DNA of 64,000 nucleotides from an uncultured Collinsella sp. (GTDB taxonomy: Bacteria; Actinomycetota; Coriobacteriia; Coriobacteriales; Coriobacteriaceae), in the NCBI GenBank assembly GCA_905194675.1, contig CAJJTG010000001.1:75632-139631 (forward strand). The letters are read 5' to 3'. The notes under the pieces were generated by a model. The model was not told the DNA's origin. It was given only the letters and a program-made list of their open reading frames with translations, and made no database searches. The first letter of the stretch is position 1. Every line of letters starts with the position of its first letter. The translations under genes and the position numbers were made by a program. Positions 55,399-64,000 of the stretch are shown here, one piece after another.

Positions 55399-56757
55399 AT
55401 GGCGGTTTTAAAAATGCCTAAGCGTTCTGGCTTGTATACCGTTCCTTTTGAGTTTGATTTGCTTTCATTTGATGAGGCTGTTGGGCTGGCTGCTGATACG
55501 GGGCGGATTTCTGGGGATGCTGGGCCTCTGCTCGAGACGGTTGTCGATATGCTCGATGAGCTGGGACGTCCGGATGAGTATTTCGATTGCATTCAGGTTG
55601 CCGGTACCAATGGCAAGACTTCGACCACGCGTTTTTCGGCCGCCATTCTTCGCGGCGAGGGGCTCAAGACTGCGCTGTATACGTCGCCGCAGCTAGTGCG
55701 CTATCCCGAGCGCATGGAGGTCGATGGACGCGTTGTGAGCGACGAGGCCTTTGCCCGTGGCGTTTCGGCGGCTGTCGAGGCAGGGCGTCGGGTGAATGCG
55801 CACCGTGTGGCGGCGGGGGAGCGCGCCTATACCATCACACCGTTTGACCTGCTGACGGCTGCTGCGCTTGTCGTGTTTGCCGAGGCTGCGGTGGATGTTG
55901 CCGTGCTCGAGGTTGGCATGGGCGGCCGCTGGGACGCCACGAGTGCGACCGATCCCGTTGCCGTTGCCATTACGGGCATTGGGCTCGATCACACACGTAT
56001 TTTGGGCGATACGCTTGAGGCCATTGCGGGGGAGAAGGCTGCGGTTATCAAACCCGGGCGCCTGGTTGTTTTGGGCGAGGGCACGCACGAGGCGAGCGTT
56101 CAGCGCGTGATGGATGCCCGTTGCCGCGAGTGCGGCGTCGTGCCGCTCGTGGTGAGCCACGCCACGACTAAGGTGCCGGCGCATGTGGGCGATACGGTTG
56201 AGTTTAGTTGCACCACGCCGTGTGCGATCTATACGTCGAGCATGGTCAAGCCGGCCTATCAGCCGCAGAATGCCGCGTGCGCGATTATGCTTTGCGAGGG
56301 GTATTTGGGCCGCGAGCTCGACCACGATGCGCTGGATGTATCGCTTATGGGTTGCCCCACACCGGGTCGTTTTGACGTGCTAGGGGCCGATCCGCTCAAG
56401 CTGATTGATGCCTGTCACAACCCCCAGAGCTGCGAGAACTTTGTGAGCGCGCTGGACGAGATCGATCCGTGCGTGGAGAACCGCCCCACGTTGCTGTGCG
56501 CCGCGCTGGCCGATAAGGACGTGGCGGGCATCGTCGACGTGCTGATCCCGGCCTTCCCACGCGTGGTCGTGACCCAGACCGATTCCGATCGAGCCTTGCC
56601 GGCGGAGGAGCTTGCCGCCCTGGTGGACGCCGATAAGCTCGCGGGCGTATACCCGAGCGTGTCCGAGGCCCTCGCAGCCTTCGATGCCGCGGACGAGTCC
56701 TTCGTAGCAGCCGGCACCATCACCCTAGCCGGCGAAGTAGCCGGCCTGCTGCGCTAA
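55399..56757 (+). CDS. folC: Bifunctional folylpolyglutamate synthase / dihydrofolate synthase
   Basis: Mur-ligase P-loop VAGTNGKTST. Conserved valS-folC order. Alternative start ATG 55414. Confidence 0.8.
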   Translation: MAVLKMPKRSGLYTVPFEFDLLSFDEAVGLAADTGRISGDAGPLLETVVDMLDELGRPDEYFDCIQVAGTNGKTSTTRFSAAILRGEGLKTALYTSPQLVRYPERMEVDGRVVSDEAFARGVSAAVEAGRRVNAHRVAAGERAYTITPFDLLTAAALVVFAEAAVDVAVLEVGMGGRWDATSATDPVAVAITGIGLDHTRILGDTLEAIAGEKAAVIKPGRLVVLGEGTHEASVQRVMDARCRECGVVPLVVSHATTKVPAHVGDTVEFSCTTPCAIYTSSMVKPAYQPQNAACAIMLCEGYLGRELDHDALDVSLMGCPTPGRFDVLGADPLKLIDACHNPQSCENFVSALDEIDPCVENRPTLLCAALADKDVAGIVDVLIPAFPRVVVTQTDSDRALPAEELAALVDADKLAGVYPSVSEALAAFDAADESFVAAGTITLAGEVAGLLR

Positions 56758-56771
56758 CCCATCCCCTCAGC

Positions 56772-56839
56772 GGTTGCGGTGAAATGCGGACTGTTTTACA
56801 AGCCAGGAGCCTCAAACAGTCCGTATATCACCGCAACTT
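56772..56839. repeat. Small hairpin repeat, full copy (~68 bp; arms GGTTGCGGTGAAATGCGGACTGTTT / AAACAGTCCGTATATCACCGCAACTT)
   Basis: Near-perfect 26-nt inverted arms. Same family as the copies at 58311, 18645 and 19008. Confidence 0.65.
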
Positions 56840-56901
56840 AAAAGTAGTCAATTTGGGACGGGGCAATTTTGACTACCCTGCGCCTCGAGTTGACTTGCTC
56901 G

Positions 56902-57059
56902 CCACGAAATGGGCCTATCTACTACGTTTTACCGACTACCCTCGACCATGCGGGGCATTGTGAAATTAAAACCGCAGGTAGATGGCTCGCCATTTTTCAA
57001 ATAAGACCCGCATGGTCGACTCATGCGGGTTAAACGTAGTAGATAGGCCGTTTTCGTGG
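56902..57059. repeat. Large palindromic intergenic element, copy 2
   Basis: Arms CCACGAAATGGGCCTATCTACTACGTTT / AAACGTAGTAGATAGGCCGTTTTCGTGG. Inner cccgcatggtcgac palindromes. Homologous to the element at 18799-18956. Confidence 0.65.
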
Positions 57060-57108
57060 TGCAGCGTTTGCAAGATGTGTCAAAGGGGCTCTCCCTTTGA
57101 CACATTGC

Positions 57109-58197
57109 CTAGTCTAGGCGGACCGGATCGTGGGGGTAGGCGTTGAGAATTTCGACGCCGTTCTCGGTCACCAGGGCCAGGTCCTCGATGCGGACGCCGG
57201 TGCGGTCGGGGAGGTAGATGCCCGGTTCGATGGAGAACGTCATGCCCGGCTCTACGACCTGCTCGTTGACGAGCGAGACGTCGCCCGGCTCGTGGTCCTG
57301 CAGGCCGATCGAGTGACCCAGGCGATGCGTAAAGTATTCGCCGTAGCCCGCGTCTTCAATCACATCGCGTGCGGCGCGGTCCAGGTCGCACATGCGCACG
57401 CCCGGTGCGATGAGCGCTTCGGCGGCCTCGTTGGCGCGGCGCACGATGTCGTAGATGCGTGCCGTCTCCTCGTCCGGTTCGCCCCAAAAGAACGTGCGCG
57501 TCATGTCCGAGCAATAGTTGCAGCGGCGTCCGCCAATGTCGAACAGCACCACGTCGCCGCGCTTGAGCACAGTGTCGTCGGGTTCGTGATGCGGGTCGCC
57601 GGCGTTGGCGCCAAAGCTCACGATGGGCGGAAAGCTAAAGCCCTCGCAGCCGTGCTTGCGATACAGGCCGAGCATCTGGTCGGCAATCTCGCGTTCCGTC
57701 ACGCCCTCGTGGACAAGCTTAATAGCATCGGCCATTACAGCGTCGTTAGCGGTCGAGGACGCACGCATGAGCTCCTGCTCGGTGGCATCCTTGTGGGTGC
57801 GTGCGGCGGTGACGGCAAAGTCACCCAGGAAAAACTCGCTTGCGGCGTGGCGCTCCATGAGCGGCATCAAAAAGCCGGAGCGCATGACGGTGTCGATGCC
57901 GAGCGGTTTGGTCGGATCGACCTCGCGAGCGATGGCGTCGGCCACGACATCGGTATCGGTGTGATAGGCGACGCGGGCATTGTCGTACTCGGGCAGTTGA
58001 TGCAGTGCGTTGACCAGGATCACCGGCTCGGCATCGCGCACGAGCAGCACGCCGCAAAAACGCTCGAACATATCGGCATAAAAGCCGGTCAGGTAATAGA
58101 TCGACCATGGGTCGTTTACGAGCAGCTGTGCGCCGGGGTGCTGAGCCTCGAGCGCATCGAGCACGCGCGCCACGCGCTGGTCATCGACATGTGCCAT
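57109..58197 (-). CDS. M24-family metallopeptidase (Xaa-Pro aminopeptidase/dipeptidase-like)
   Basis: Metal-ligand motifs of the pita-bread fold (DIGG, HRLGHSIGLQDHE, EPGMTFSIEPGIY). Start taken at Met-14 (ATG 58197) because the RBS aaagga lies 6 nt upstream. The ORF extends to 58236. Confidence 0.8.
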   Translation of the reverse strand: MAHVDDQRVARVLDALEAQHPGAQLLVNDPWSIYYLTGFYADMFERFCGVLLVRDAEPVILVNALHQLPEYDNARVAYHTDTDVVADAIAREVDPTKPLGIDTVMRSGFLMPLMERHAASEFFLGDFAVTAARTHKDATEQELMRASSTANDAVMADAIKLVHEGVTEREIADQMLGLYRKHGCEGFSFPPIVSFGANAGDPHHEPDDTVLKRGDVVLFDIGGRRCNYCSDMTRTFFWGEPDEETARIYDIVRRANEAAEALIAPGVRMCDLDRAARDVIEDAGYGEYFTHRLGHSIGLQDHEPGDVSLVNEQVVEPGMTFSIEPGIYLPDRTGVRIEDLALVTENGVEILNAYPHDPVRLD

Positions 58198-58310
58198 GAA
58201 ACATCCTTTCGCTAGGGTGCCACCATGGTATCCCAAGCCCGGCAGATAGGGACGTTCCTTTTATGCCGGCACTTCGGGACACTCCTTTGCATATCCTATG
58301 CGGCCCTCAT

Positions 58311-58378
58311 AAGTTGCGGTGAAATACGGACTGTTTAGCGGCCTGAAGCCATAAAACAGTCCGTATTTCACCGCAACT
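58311..58378. repeat. Small hairpin repeat, full copy (AAGTTGCGGTGAAATACGGACTGTTT...AAACAGTCCGTATTTCACCGCAACT)
   Basis: Perfect 25-nt inverted arms around a 17-nt loop. Confidence 0.65.
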
Positions 58379-58438
58379 GCGGAGGAGGACCGGGCGGATG
58401 GTGGAGTAGCTAAAAGTGCCCCGTCCCAAATGAGCTAC

Positions 58439-58837
58439 CTAGGCAGGGTCGATGTTCATGCTGGCGATAAGGTTGATGTTGGTGTCTAGGAGATTCTCCA
58501 ACACGACGTCGCCCATGCGGATGGGGGCCTCGACGACCACGCCGCGGATGAGGTCCATGGCCTGGGCGTTGAGTTCTAGCGGGATGGCTTCGGCGGTGCG
58601 CACGGGGAGCTGGGCTTCGTTGCCGCCGGATACGGCCACGGTGGTGGTGAGCACGCGCATGGGGCAGGTGAGCTCCTGATGTGCGAACTTATCGCCGCGC
58701 GGGCAGTTGTTACCGGTTACGGAGCGCACTTCCACCACGGTGCCATTGGCGTCGCGCTCCACCTCTACGGTCAGGAGGCACTCGGATGGGCAGGTGGTGC
58801 AGTTGAACTGCAGCGTCTCGGTCACATTCGTACTCAT
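58439..58837 (-). CDS. DUF1667-domain protein (small Cys-containing subunit usually co-encoded with GlpA-like and NAD/FAD oxidoreductases)
   Basis: 132 aa. CTTCPSEC and NNCPRG Cys motifs. Third gene of the minus-strand operon. Confidence 0.55.
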   Translation of the reverse strand: MSTNVTETLQFNCTTCPSECLLTVEVERDANGTVVEVRSVTGNNCPRGDKFAHQELTCPMRVLTTTVAVSGGNEAQLPVRTAEAIPLELNAQAMDLIRGVVVEAPIRMGDVVLENLLDTNINLIASMNIDPA

Positions 58838-58840
58838 GAG

Positions 58841-60199
58841 CTATGCCTCCTCAACGGGATCGACGGACAGGACGATTTCGCTGGCACCCAGGTCGAGTGC
58901 GCGTTGAATCACCTTTGCCGGCAGCGGGAAGCTTTCCATGACGCTCGGTTTAAACGCGCGGGCTTTGCCCGCAAACACTTCTTCGCCGTTGGCCAAGATG
59001 CGTACTCGAGCGGTATTGACCGGCCGGCGTACGCGGAAGTTGAGCTTGGTGAGCGCCACAGCCGTAATGCGTCCCGGCAGCGCGTAGCCCGCAATGCCGG
59101 CAGGGGAGACCGTGAGCTCGCAGCCCGTGCCCGCAGCGCACGCCTCGGCGCCGCCCAACGCCCACGCCGCCGCTGCCGCACCGGCGCGCTCAGACTCGGT
59201 CGTCACGTTGTCGGCCAGGTCGTGCACGTGCAGCACGTTACCGCAGGCAAAGATGCCCGGCACGCCCGTCTGCAGGCTCTGGTCCACCACGGCGCCGCGC
59301 GTGCGCGGGTCAAGCTCCACGCCTGCTGCAACCGAAAGCTCGTTCTCGGGAATCAATCCCACCGAAAGCAGCAGTGTGTCACACGGAATAATGCGCTCGG
59401 TCCCGGCAATGGGAGCCAGACGCTCGTCGACTTGGCTCACCTCGACGGCCTCCACACGGTCGTGCCCGATCACGCGCGTGACGGTGGTGGACAGGTGCAG
59501 CGGAATGCCAAAGTCGTCTAGGCAGTTCTTGACGTTGCGGCGCAGTCCGTTGGCGTACGGCATGAGCTCGTACACGCCCTCGACCGAAATCCCCTCGAGC
59601 GTGCAGCGGCGCGCCATGATAAGCCCGATGTCGCCCGAGCCCAAAATGACGGCGCGCGAGCCGGGTTTAAGGTTTTCGATATTGATGTATCGCTGCGCCA
59701 GGCCGGCCGTAAACACACCGGCGGGACGACTGCCGGGGATCTTGATCTCGCTGCGGGTGCGCTCACGGCAACCCATGGCAAGGACGATCGCGCGCCCGGT
59801 GAGCTGCAGCATGCCTTCAGGACTCATGAGCGTGACGGTATGGACCGCGGTGTCTTCCGCAGGCTCGCCAGAATCAATCCCAAGCACCATGCTGTTGAGG
59901 AACAGCGCAATGTCGGTTGCGTGCACCTGGTCGATAAAGCGCTGCGCATACTCGGGACCGGTGAGCTCCTGTTTAAAGTGCGACAGGCCAAAGCCGGGGT
60001 GGATGCACTGGCGGAGGATGCCGCCCAGGTGCTGCTCGCGCTCCACGATGGCCACGCGTGCGCCTGCCTTATGCGCAGCCAGCGCGGCCGCCATGCCGGC
60101 GGGGCCGCCACCGATGACGACCACGTCGAAGGCCTGCGTTGCTATCGACGCTACGGTTCCGGCCTCCGCGCGTTTGTCGCGCATGTCAAACGTCGCCAT
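58841..60199 (-). CDS. NAD(P)/FAD-dependent oxidoreductase (pyridine nucleotide-disulfide oxidoreductase family)
   Basis: Two Rossmann dinucleotide motifs (VVVIGGGPAGMAAA and AVILGSGDIGL). Confidence 0.75.
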   Translation of the reverse strand: MATFDMRDKRAEAGTVASIATQAFDVVVIGGGPAGMAAALAAHKAGARVAIVEREQHLGGILRQCIHPGFGLSHFKQELTGPEYAQRFIDQVHATDIALFLNSMVLGIDSGEPAEDTAVHTVTLMSPEGMLQLTGRAIVLAMGCRERTRSEIKIPGSRPAGVFTAGLAQRYINIENLKPGSRAVILGSGDIGLIMARRCTLEGISVEGVYELMPYANGLRRNVKNCLDDFGIPLHLSTTVTRVIGHDRVEAVEVSQVDERLAPIAGTERIIPCDTLLLSVGLIPENELSVAAGVELDPRTRGAVVDQSLQTGVPGIFACGNVLHVHDLADNVTTESERAGAAAAAWALGGAEACAAGTGCELTVSPAGIAGYALPGRITAVALTKLNFRVRRPVNTARVRILANGEEVFAGKARAFKPSVMESFPLPAKVIQRALDLGASEIVLSVDPVEEA

Positions 60200-60200
60200 C

Positions 60201-61655
60201 CTAGCGCACCCCCTTCAAAGGACCCTCGACCAGCCAGGAACCGGCATCCTCCAACAGTACCTCGCTGGGGTCGCAGCCCAGCTCGCGCGCCAGGATCGCC
60301 ACCACACGGCTCTGGCAAAACCCGCTTTGGCACCGACCCATGCCGGCACGGCAGCGGCGCTTGACGCCCTCGACCGAAACCGCGCCCGGCTGGCGTCGAA
60401 TCGCGGCCACGATCTCGGCTTCGGGCACCGTCTCGCAGCGGCAGACAATCTGGCCCCAAGCGGGATCGGACTCAATGAGCTCCTCCTTGCGCGCCAGCGG
60501 TGCGCGGTCAAAGTCTTCCGGCGCGCGGCGAATTGGGTTCCAGTCTGCCCGCTCGTGCAGTTTCACGCCGGCATCGCGCAGGACCTGTTCCATTCGCTCG
60601 GCAATAGCCGGCGCGCTTGCCACACCCGGTGACTGAATGCCCGCCGCCTGGAATAGCCCCGGCATCACGGCCGACTGCCCAATAAAGAAGTCGTTCGTTC
60701 CCTGAATGACCGGACGCCCGCCGGCAAACGCGCGCACCACGCGGCGCGTGTCCAGGTCGGGCACCAGCTTGCGCGCGCCGGTCAGCAGCGCGTCCACATC
60801 GCTTGCATAGGTCTGCGTGTCGCCCGGCTCGCGCACGGCAGCCGTGGCGGTAATCACGGTGTTGCCGTGCACGGTGCCCGTGACAATAACGCCCTTGGAC
60901 ACCGGCGTCGGCACGGGGTAGAGCGGCATGAGCGTGCGCGGTTCCTTATCCAGCACCACAATGTTGCCCTGGCGCCATACCATCTGGAACTCTTCGGCAC
61001 CCGCCATATGCGAGATGTCGGCGGCGCCGTTGCCCGCGGCGTTGATCAGGTAACGGCAGCGCACGTTGCCAGCGGGGGTCGCCAGCGTAAAGCGCGCGTC
61101 GTCGACCGAGCCCGCGACTTCAATCGCCTCCACGGGTGCGGAGCGCATAAACGCTACGCCGTTGGCAACCGCGTTCTCCAGCGCGGCGATGGCCACTTCA
61201 AATGGGTCAACGTAACCGGTCGAAGGGCACCACAACGCGCATGTTGCGTCGGCGCTGGCACGCGGTTCCAGCTCGTGGATACGTTCGGGGCCGATAATCG
61301 ACAGCTCGGACACGCCGTTGGCCAGGCCATTCTGGCGCAGCTTCTCCAGGTGTGCGCGGTCTTCGTCGTTAAACCCCAGCACCATCGACCCGGTGCGGCG
61401 GAACAAAAATCCCAGCTCCTGGGCCCACGAGCCATATAGCTCGCAGCCGCGGGCGTTGACCTGCGCCTTTACGGTTCCCGGAGCCGGATCGTAGCCGGCG
61501 TGAACCAGGCCGCCGTTGGCCTTCGAGGCGCCCAGCGCAATGTCGTTGGCCGCCTCGACCATGCATATGGACAGGTCATAGCGCGCGAGCTGCCGCGCGA
61601 TGGCGCACCCGGTGATGCCGGCGCCCACAATCGCGATATCAAACGTTTCTGCCAC
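60201..61655 (-). CDS. FAD-dependent oxidoreductase, GlpA-like (anaerobic glycerol-3-phosphate dehydrogenase A-like) with a C-terminal BFD-like [2Fe-2S] domain
   Basis: N-terminal DIAIVGAGITGCAIA FAD motif. C-terminal CRCETV...CRAGMGRCQSGFCQ. GTG start with a gggagg RBS. Confidence 0.75.
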   Translation of the reverse strand: MAETFDIAIVGAGITGCAIARQLARYDLSICMVEAANDIALGASKANGGLVHAGYDPAPGTVKAQVNARGCELYGSWAQELGFLFRRTGSMVLGFNDEDRAHLEKLRQNGLANGVSELSIIGPERIHELEPRASADATCALWCPSTGYVDPFEVAIAALENAVANGVAFMRSAPVEAIEVAGSVDDARFTLATPAGNVRCRYLINAAGNGAADISHMAGAEEFQMVWRQGNIVVLDKEPRTLMPLYPVPTPVSKGVIVTGTVHGNTVITATAAVREPGDTQTYASDVDALLTGARKLVPDLDTRRVVRAFAGGRPVIQGTNDFFIGQSAVMPGLFQAAGIQSPGVASAPAIAERMEQVLRDAGVKLHERADWNPIRRAPEDFDRAPLARKEELIESDPAWGQIVCRCETVPEAEIVAAIRRQPGAVSVEGVKRRCRAGMGRCQSGFCQSRVVAILARELGCDPSEVLLEDAGSWLVEGPLKGVR

Positions 61656-61672
61656 GGTGCCTCCCAGATGAG

Positions 61673-61687
61673 TTGACAGGCTGTCAA
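61673..61687. promoter_or_regulatory. Perfect 7-1-7 palindrome TTGACAG-G-CTGTCAA ~20 nt upstream of the GlpA-like gene start. Candidate operator
   Basis: Read directly from the sequence. Lies between the RBS and the presumed promoter of the minus-strand operon. Confidence 0.35.
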
Positions 61688-61824
61688 TATGACTATCCTA
61701 CGGCCTGCACATCCCCAGTGCGGCGGCAATGCGGCGAACAGTCCCGCAACACCCGCCAACGGCAGGCGAGGGGAGGCTCGGCAACGTCGACAACCTCGTC
61801 TGCCAACAACTACGGCAACCGTTC

Positions 61825-62203
61825 GTCTCGATCTGTAACAGTTGGACGAGGATTTGGGTTCCAGTTGTTACAGTTTGAGACATTCGGTTTGGACGGTTTT
61901 CTTTGTCTTAATCTGTAACAGTTAGCTGAGGATTTGGGTTCTAGATGTTACAGATTTAGATGAACCTATCAGTCGGTTTCGAATGTCTAAATCTGTAACG
62001 GTTAGACCTGTTTTTGCCGAGTTGTTGTTACAGATTGAGATATTTTAACGGAGGGCTCACCGTTCGTCTCGATCTGTAACAGTAAGAGGGGTTTTGGGGC
62101 CCAAGATGTTACAGATCGAGATTGAAGTCGGGGAGGGACCCCTGTGTCTCGATCTGTAACATTTAGGACCGGATTCCGCTCCTAACTGTTACAGATTGAG
62201 ATG
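61825..62203. repeat. Phased array of five ~80-bp units. Each unit contains an 18-19-nt inverted repeat (consensus GTCTCGATCTGTAACAGTT ... AACTGTTACAGATCGAGAC) around a variable ~19-22-nt centre. Units are separated by variable ~22-26-nt linkers
   Basis: Left arms at 61825, 61906, 61985, 62066 and 62146 (spacing 81/79/81/80). Right arms at 61863, 61942, 62021, 62104 and 62185. The arms are conserved while the centres and linkers diverge. No ORF spans the array. Confidence 0.7.
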
Positions 62204-62301
62204 TTTGTGTCCGCGTCAGCCCCGCCCCTAGCCGTGGTCCCATATAAACAAACCCCGTGGTAAACTTGACCGGACTGTTAATATTCCGAAAGGTACCCGT
62301 A

Positions 62302-62733
62302 ATGTCCAAGTACATCTCCGAGCTCATGTCGCCGCAGCTCATGGGCGTCGTCTATGCCTTCGTTGGCTTTATCATCGCCCTGTATGTTCTGTCGGTCGTC
62401 TATGTGTTCATCGACGCTCGCCGCCGCGGCGCCAGCGCCTACGTGGCATGGGGCATCATCGCCCTCATCCCGTTTGTTGGCCTCATCGCCTACCTGGTCC
62501 TGCGTCCGCACTCCTACGCGGCCGACCGTGAGGAGCAGGAGCTGGACATGGCCCTGCGCGAGCGCCAACTTGCCCAGTACGGCACCTGCCCGCAGTGCGG
62601 CGCGCCCATCGAGAAGGACTTCGTCGTCTGTCCGGTGTGCGATACCCAGGTTCGCAACGTATGCCCCAGCTGCCATCGCCCGCTCGATGCGCACTGGAAG
62701 GTCTGCCCCTACTGCCGAACTCGCATCCAGTAA
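62302..62733 (+). CDS. Small membrane protein: PLD-nuclease N-terminal (PLDc_N-like) TM domain plus a C-terminal double zinc-ribbon
   Basis: ATG 62302 after RBS gaaagg. YVFIDARRRGASAYVAWGIIALIPFVGLIAYLVL (PLDc_N-like). Four CxxC pairs (CPQCG, CPVCD, CPSCH, CPYCR). Confidence 0.55.
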   Translation: MSKYISELMSPQLMGVVYAFVGFIIALYVLSVVYVFIDARRRGASAYVAWGIIALIPFVGLIAYLVLRPHSYAADREEQELDMALRERQLAQYGTCPQCGAPIEKDFVVCPVCDTQVRNVCPSCHRPLDAHWKVCPYCRTRIQ

Positions 62734-62842
62734 CGCATCCATCGCCGGGCCGGCCGCAAGCCACGGGCTCCGCGCACCCCGCGCATCCCACGGCCGCCAC
62801 GCGCCCCGCGCCGCCCCACACGATGAAGCATGCGTAGAAAAT

Positions 62843-62880
62843 CGCCCGCCGTGCCATTAAGGTGCGGCGGGCGCTTGTAT
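62843..62880 (+). terminator. Hairpin terminator after the zinc-ribbon gene
   Basis: cgcccgccg-tgccattaaggtg-cggcgggcg followed by cttgtat. Confidence 0.5.
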
Positions 62881-62971
62881 ACCAAGGCAACCTGCCTATA
62901 ATGATGCAAGTTAAAACGCCGAGCGCATCGCACGCACTTGCATCAGGCATCCGAGAGGAGAAAACATACCC

Positions 62972-64000
62972 ATGAAGGCACTCTACAATGACGGTTCGGT
63001 GGCCGAGCTCCCGCAGGACGAGGTCACGCACGTCATCCGCCACTCTGCCGCGCACATCATGGCGCAGGCCATCAAGCGCCTGTACCCCCAGGCCGACTTT
63101 GCCTACGGTCCTGCGACCGACAACGGCTTCTACTACGACGTTGATCTGCCCGAGGGCGTCAAGATCAGCGAGGACGACTTCCCCGCGATCGAGGCCGAGA
63201 TGAAAAAGATCATCAAGGAGAACCTCAAGTTCACCGTGTACGAGAAGCCCCGCGCCGAGGCCATCGCCCTTATGGAGGAGCGCGGCGAGAAGTACAAGGT
63301 CGAGCACATCGGCGACCTGGACGACGACGCCCGCATCACCTTCTACCAGCAGGGCGACTACATCGACATGTGCGTCGGCCCCCACATCTGCTACACCAAG
63401 GCCCTCAAGGCCTTTAAGCTCACCGGCGTCTCGGGCGCCTACTGGAAGGGCGACAAGGACAACAAGATGCTCACCCGCATCAACGGCGTCGCCTTTGCCA
63501 CCAAAGAAGAGCTCGACGAGCACATGCACATGCTGGAGGAGGCCAAGAAGCGCGACCACCGCAAGATCGGCCGCGAGATGGACCTCTTTATGATGCGCGA
63601 CGAGGCCCCCGGCTTCCCGTTCTTCCTGCCCAACGGCATGATCCTTAAGAACACGCTGCTGGACTACTGGCGCGAGATCCACCACAAGGCCGGCTACGTG
63701 GAGATCTCCACGCCGCTCATCATGAACAAGCAGCTGTGGAAGACCTCGGGTCACTGGGACCACTACAAGGACAACATGTACTCCACCGTCATTGACGACG
63801 AGGAGTACTGCATTAAGCCCATGAACTGCCCGGGCGGCGTGCTGGTGTACGCCTCCAAGCCTCACTCCTACCGTGAGCTGCCCATCCGCGCCGGCGAGAT
63901 TGGCCTGGTGCACCGCCACGAGCTGCGCGGCGCCCTGCACGGCCTGTTCCGCGTGCGCTGCTTTAACCAGGACGATGCCCACCTGTTTGTGCGCCCCGAC
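62972..64000 (+). CDS. thrS: Threonyl-tRNA synthetase, N-terminal part (continues beyond the window)
   Basis: Frame is open from ATG 62972 to the window end (343 codons). N-terminal TGS and second additional domain (HSAAHIMAQAIKRLYP). Start of the class II catalytic core (RDHRKIGREMDLF...HRHELRGALHGLFRVR). Not in the ORF track because no stop codon lies within the window. Confidence 0.85.
   Translation, partial: MKALYNDGSVAELPQDEVTHVIRHSAAHIMAQAIKRLYPQADFAYGPATDNGFYYDVDLPEGVKISEDDFPAIEAEMKKIIKENLKFTVYEKPRAEAIALMEERGEKYKVEHIGDLDDDARITFYQQGDYIDMCVGPHICYTKALKAFKLTGVSGAYWKGDKDNKMLTRINGVAFATKEELDEHMHMLEEAKKRDHRKIGREMDLFMMRDEAPGFPFFLPNGMILKNTLLDYWREIHHKAGYVEISTPLIMNKQLWKTSGHWDHYKDNMYSTVIDDEEYCIKPMNCPGGVLVYASKPHSYRELPIRAGEIGLVHRHELRGALHGLFRVRCFNQDDAHLFVRPD

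Noticed and set aside
61825-62203. CRISPR array interpretation of the 80-bp-period repeats
   Set aside because: The conserved repeat alternates orientation (each unit is an inverted, not direct, repeat pair). No cas genes or leader are evident in the window. Unit spacing of 80 bp with two different variable segments does not fit repeat-spacer geometry.

Overview
High-GC (~60-65%) chromosomal segment, probably from a Gram-positive Actinobacterium (Coriobacteriia-like). That inference rests on the GC content, the LAXTG-type sorting signal and the Hyf/selenium gene content. Contents in order. (1) A selenium-utilisation locus: selD, itself a selenoprotein with an in-frame UGA, followed by a yedF-like gene, a DUF3343 gene and a SufS-like selenocysteine lyase. 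(2) A 12.9-kb gene for a 4302-aa cell-wall-anchored (LADTG) surface protein built from tandem LRR, Listeria-Bacteroides-repeat and Ig/MBG-like modules. (3) brnQ, then tRNA-Pro and tRNA-Gly, followed by palindromic intergenic repeats and a RelB/PIN toxin-antitoxin pair. (4) A complete formate hydrogenlyase-2 locus (hycB-like gene, Sec-containing fdhF, hyfABCDEFGHIJ, hycI, focA/B). (5) A cytoplasmic molybdopterin oxidoreductase, selA-selB, a candidate tRNA-Sec, mobA and a second, Cys-rich DUF3343 paralog. (6) gdhA and a xanthine-dehydrogenase-family Mo hydroxylase (FAD subunit plus fused Fe-S/Mo subunit). (7) Housekeeping genes tRNA-Leu, tig, clpP, clpX, valS (with a heavily structured leader) and folC. 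(8) A divergent glpA-like / NAD-FAD oxidoreductase / DUF1667 operon. (9) An unusual phased array of five ~80-bp palindromic units upstream of a small PLDc_N/zinc-ribbon membrane protein gene, then the 5' part of thrS. The most unusual items are the palindromic array, a family of REP/MITE-like structured repeats, the two selenium loci and the giant repetitive adhesin.
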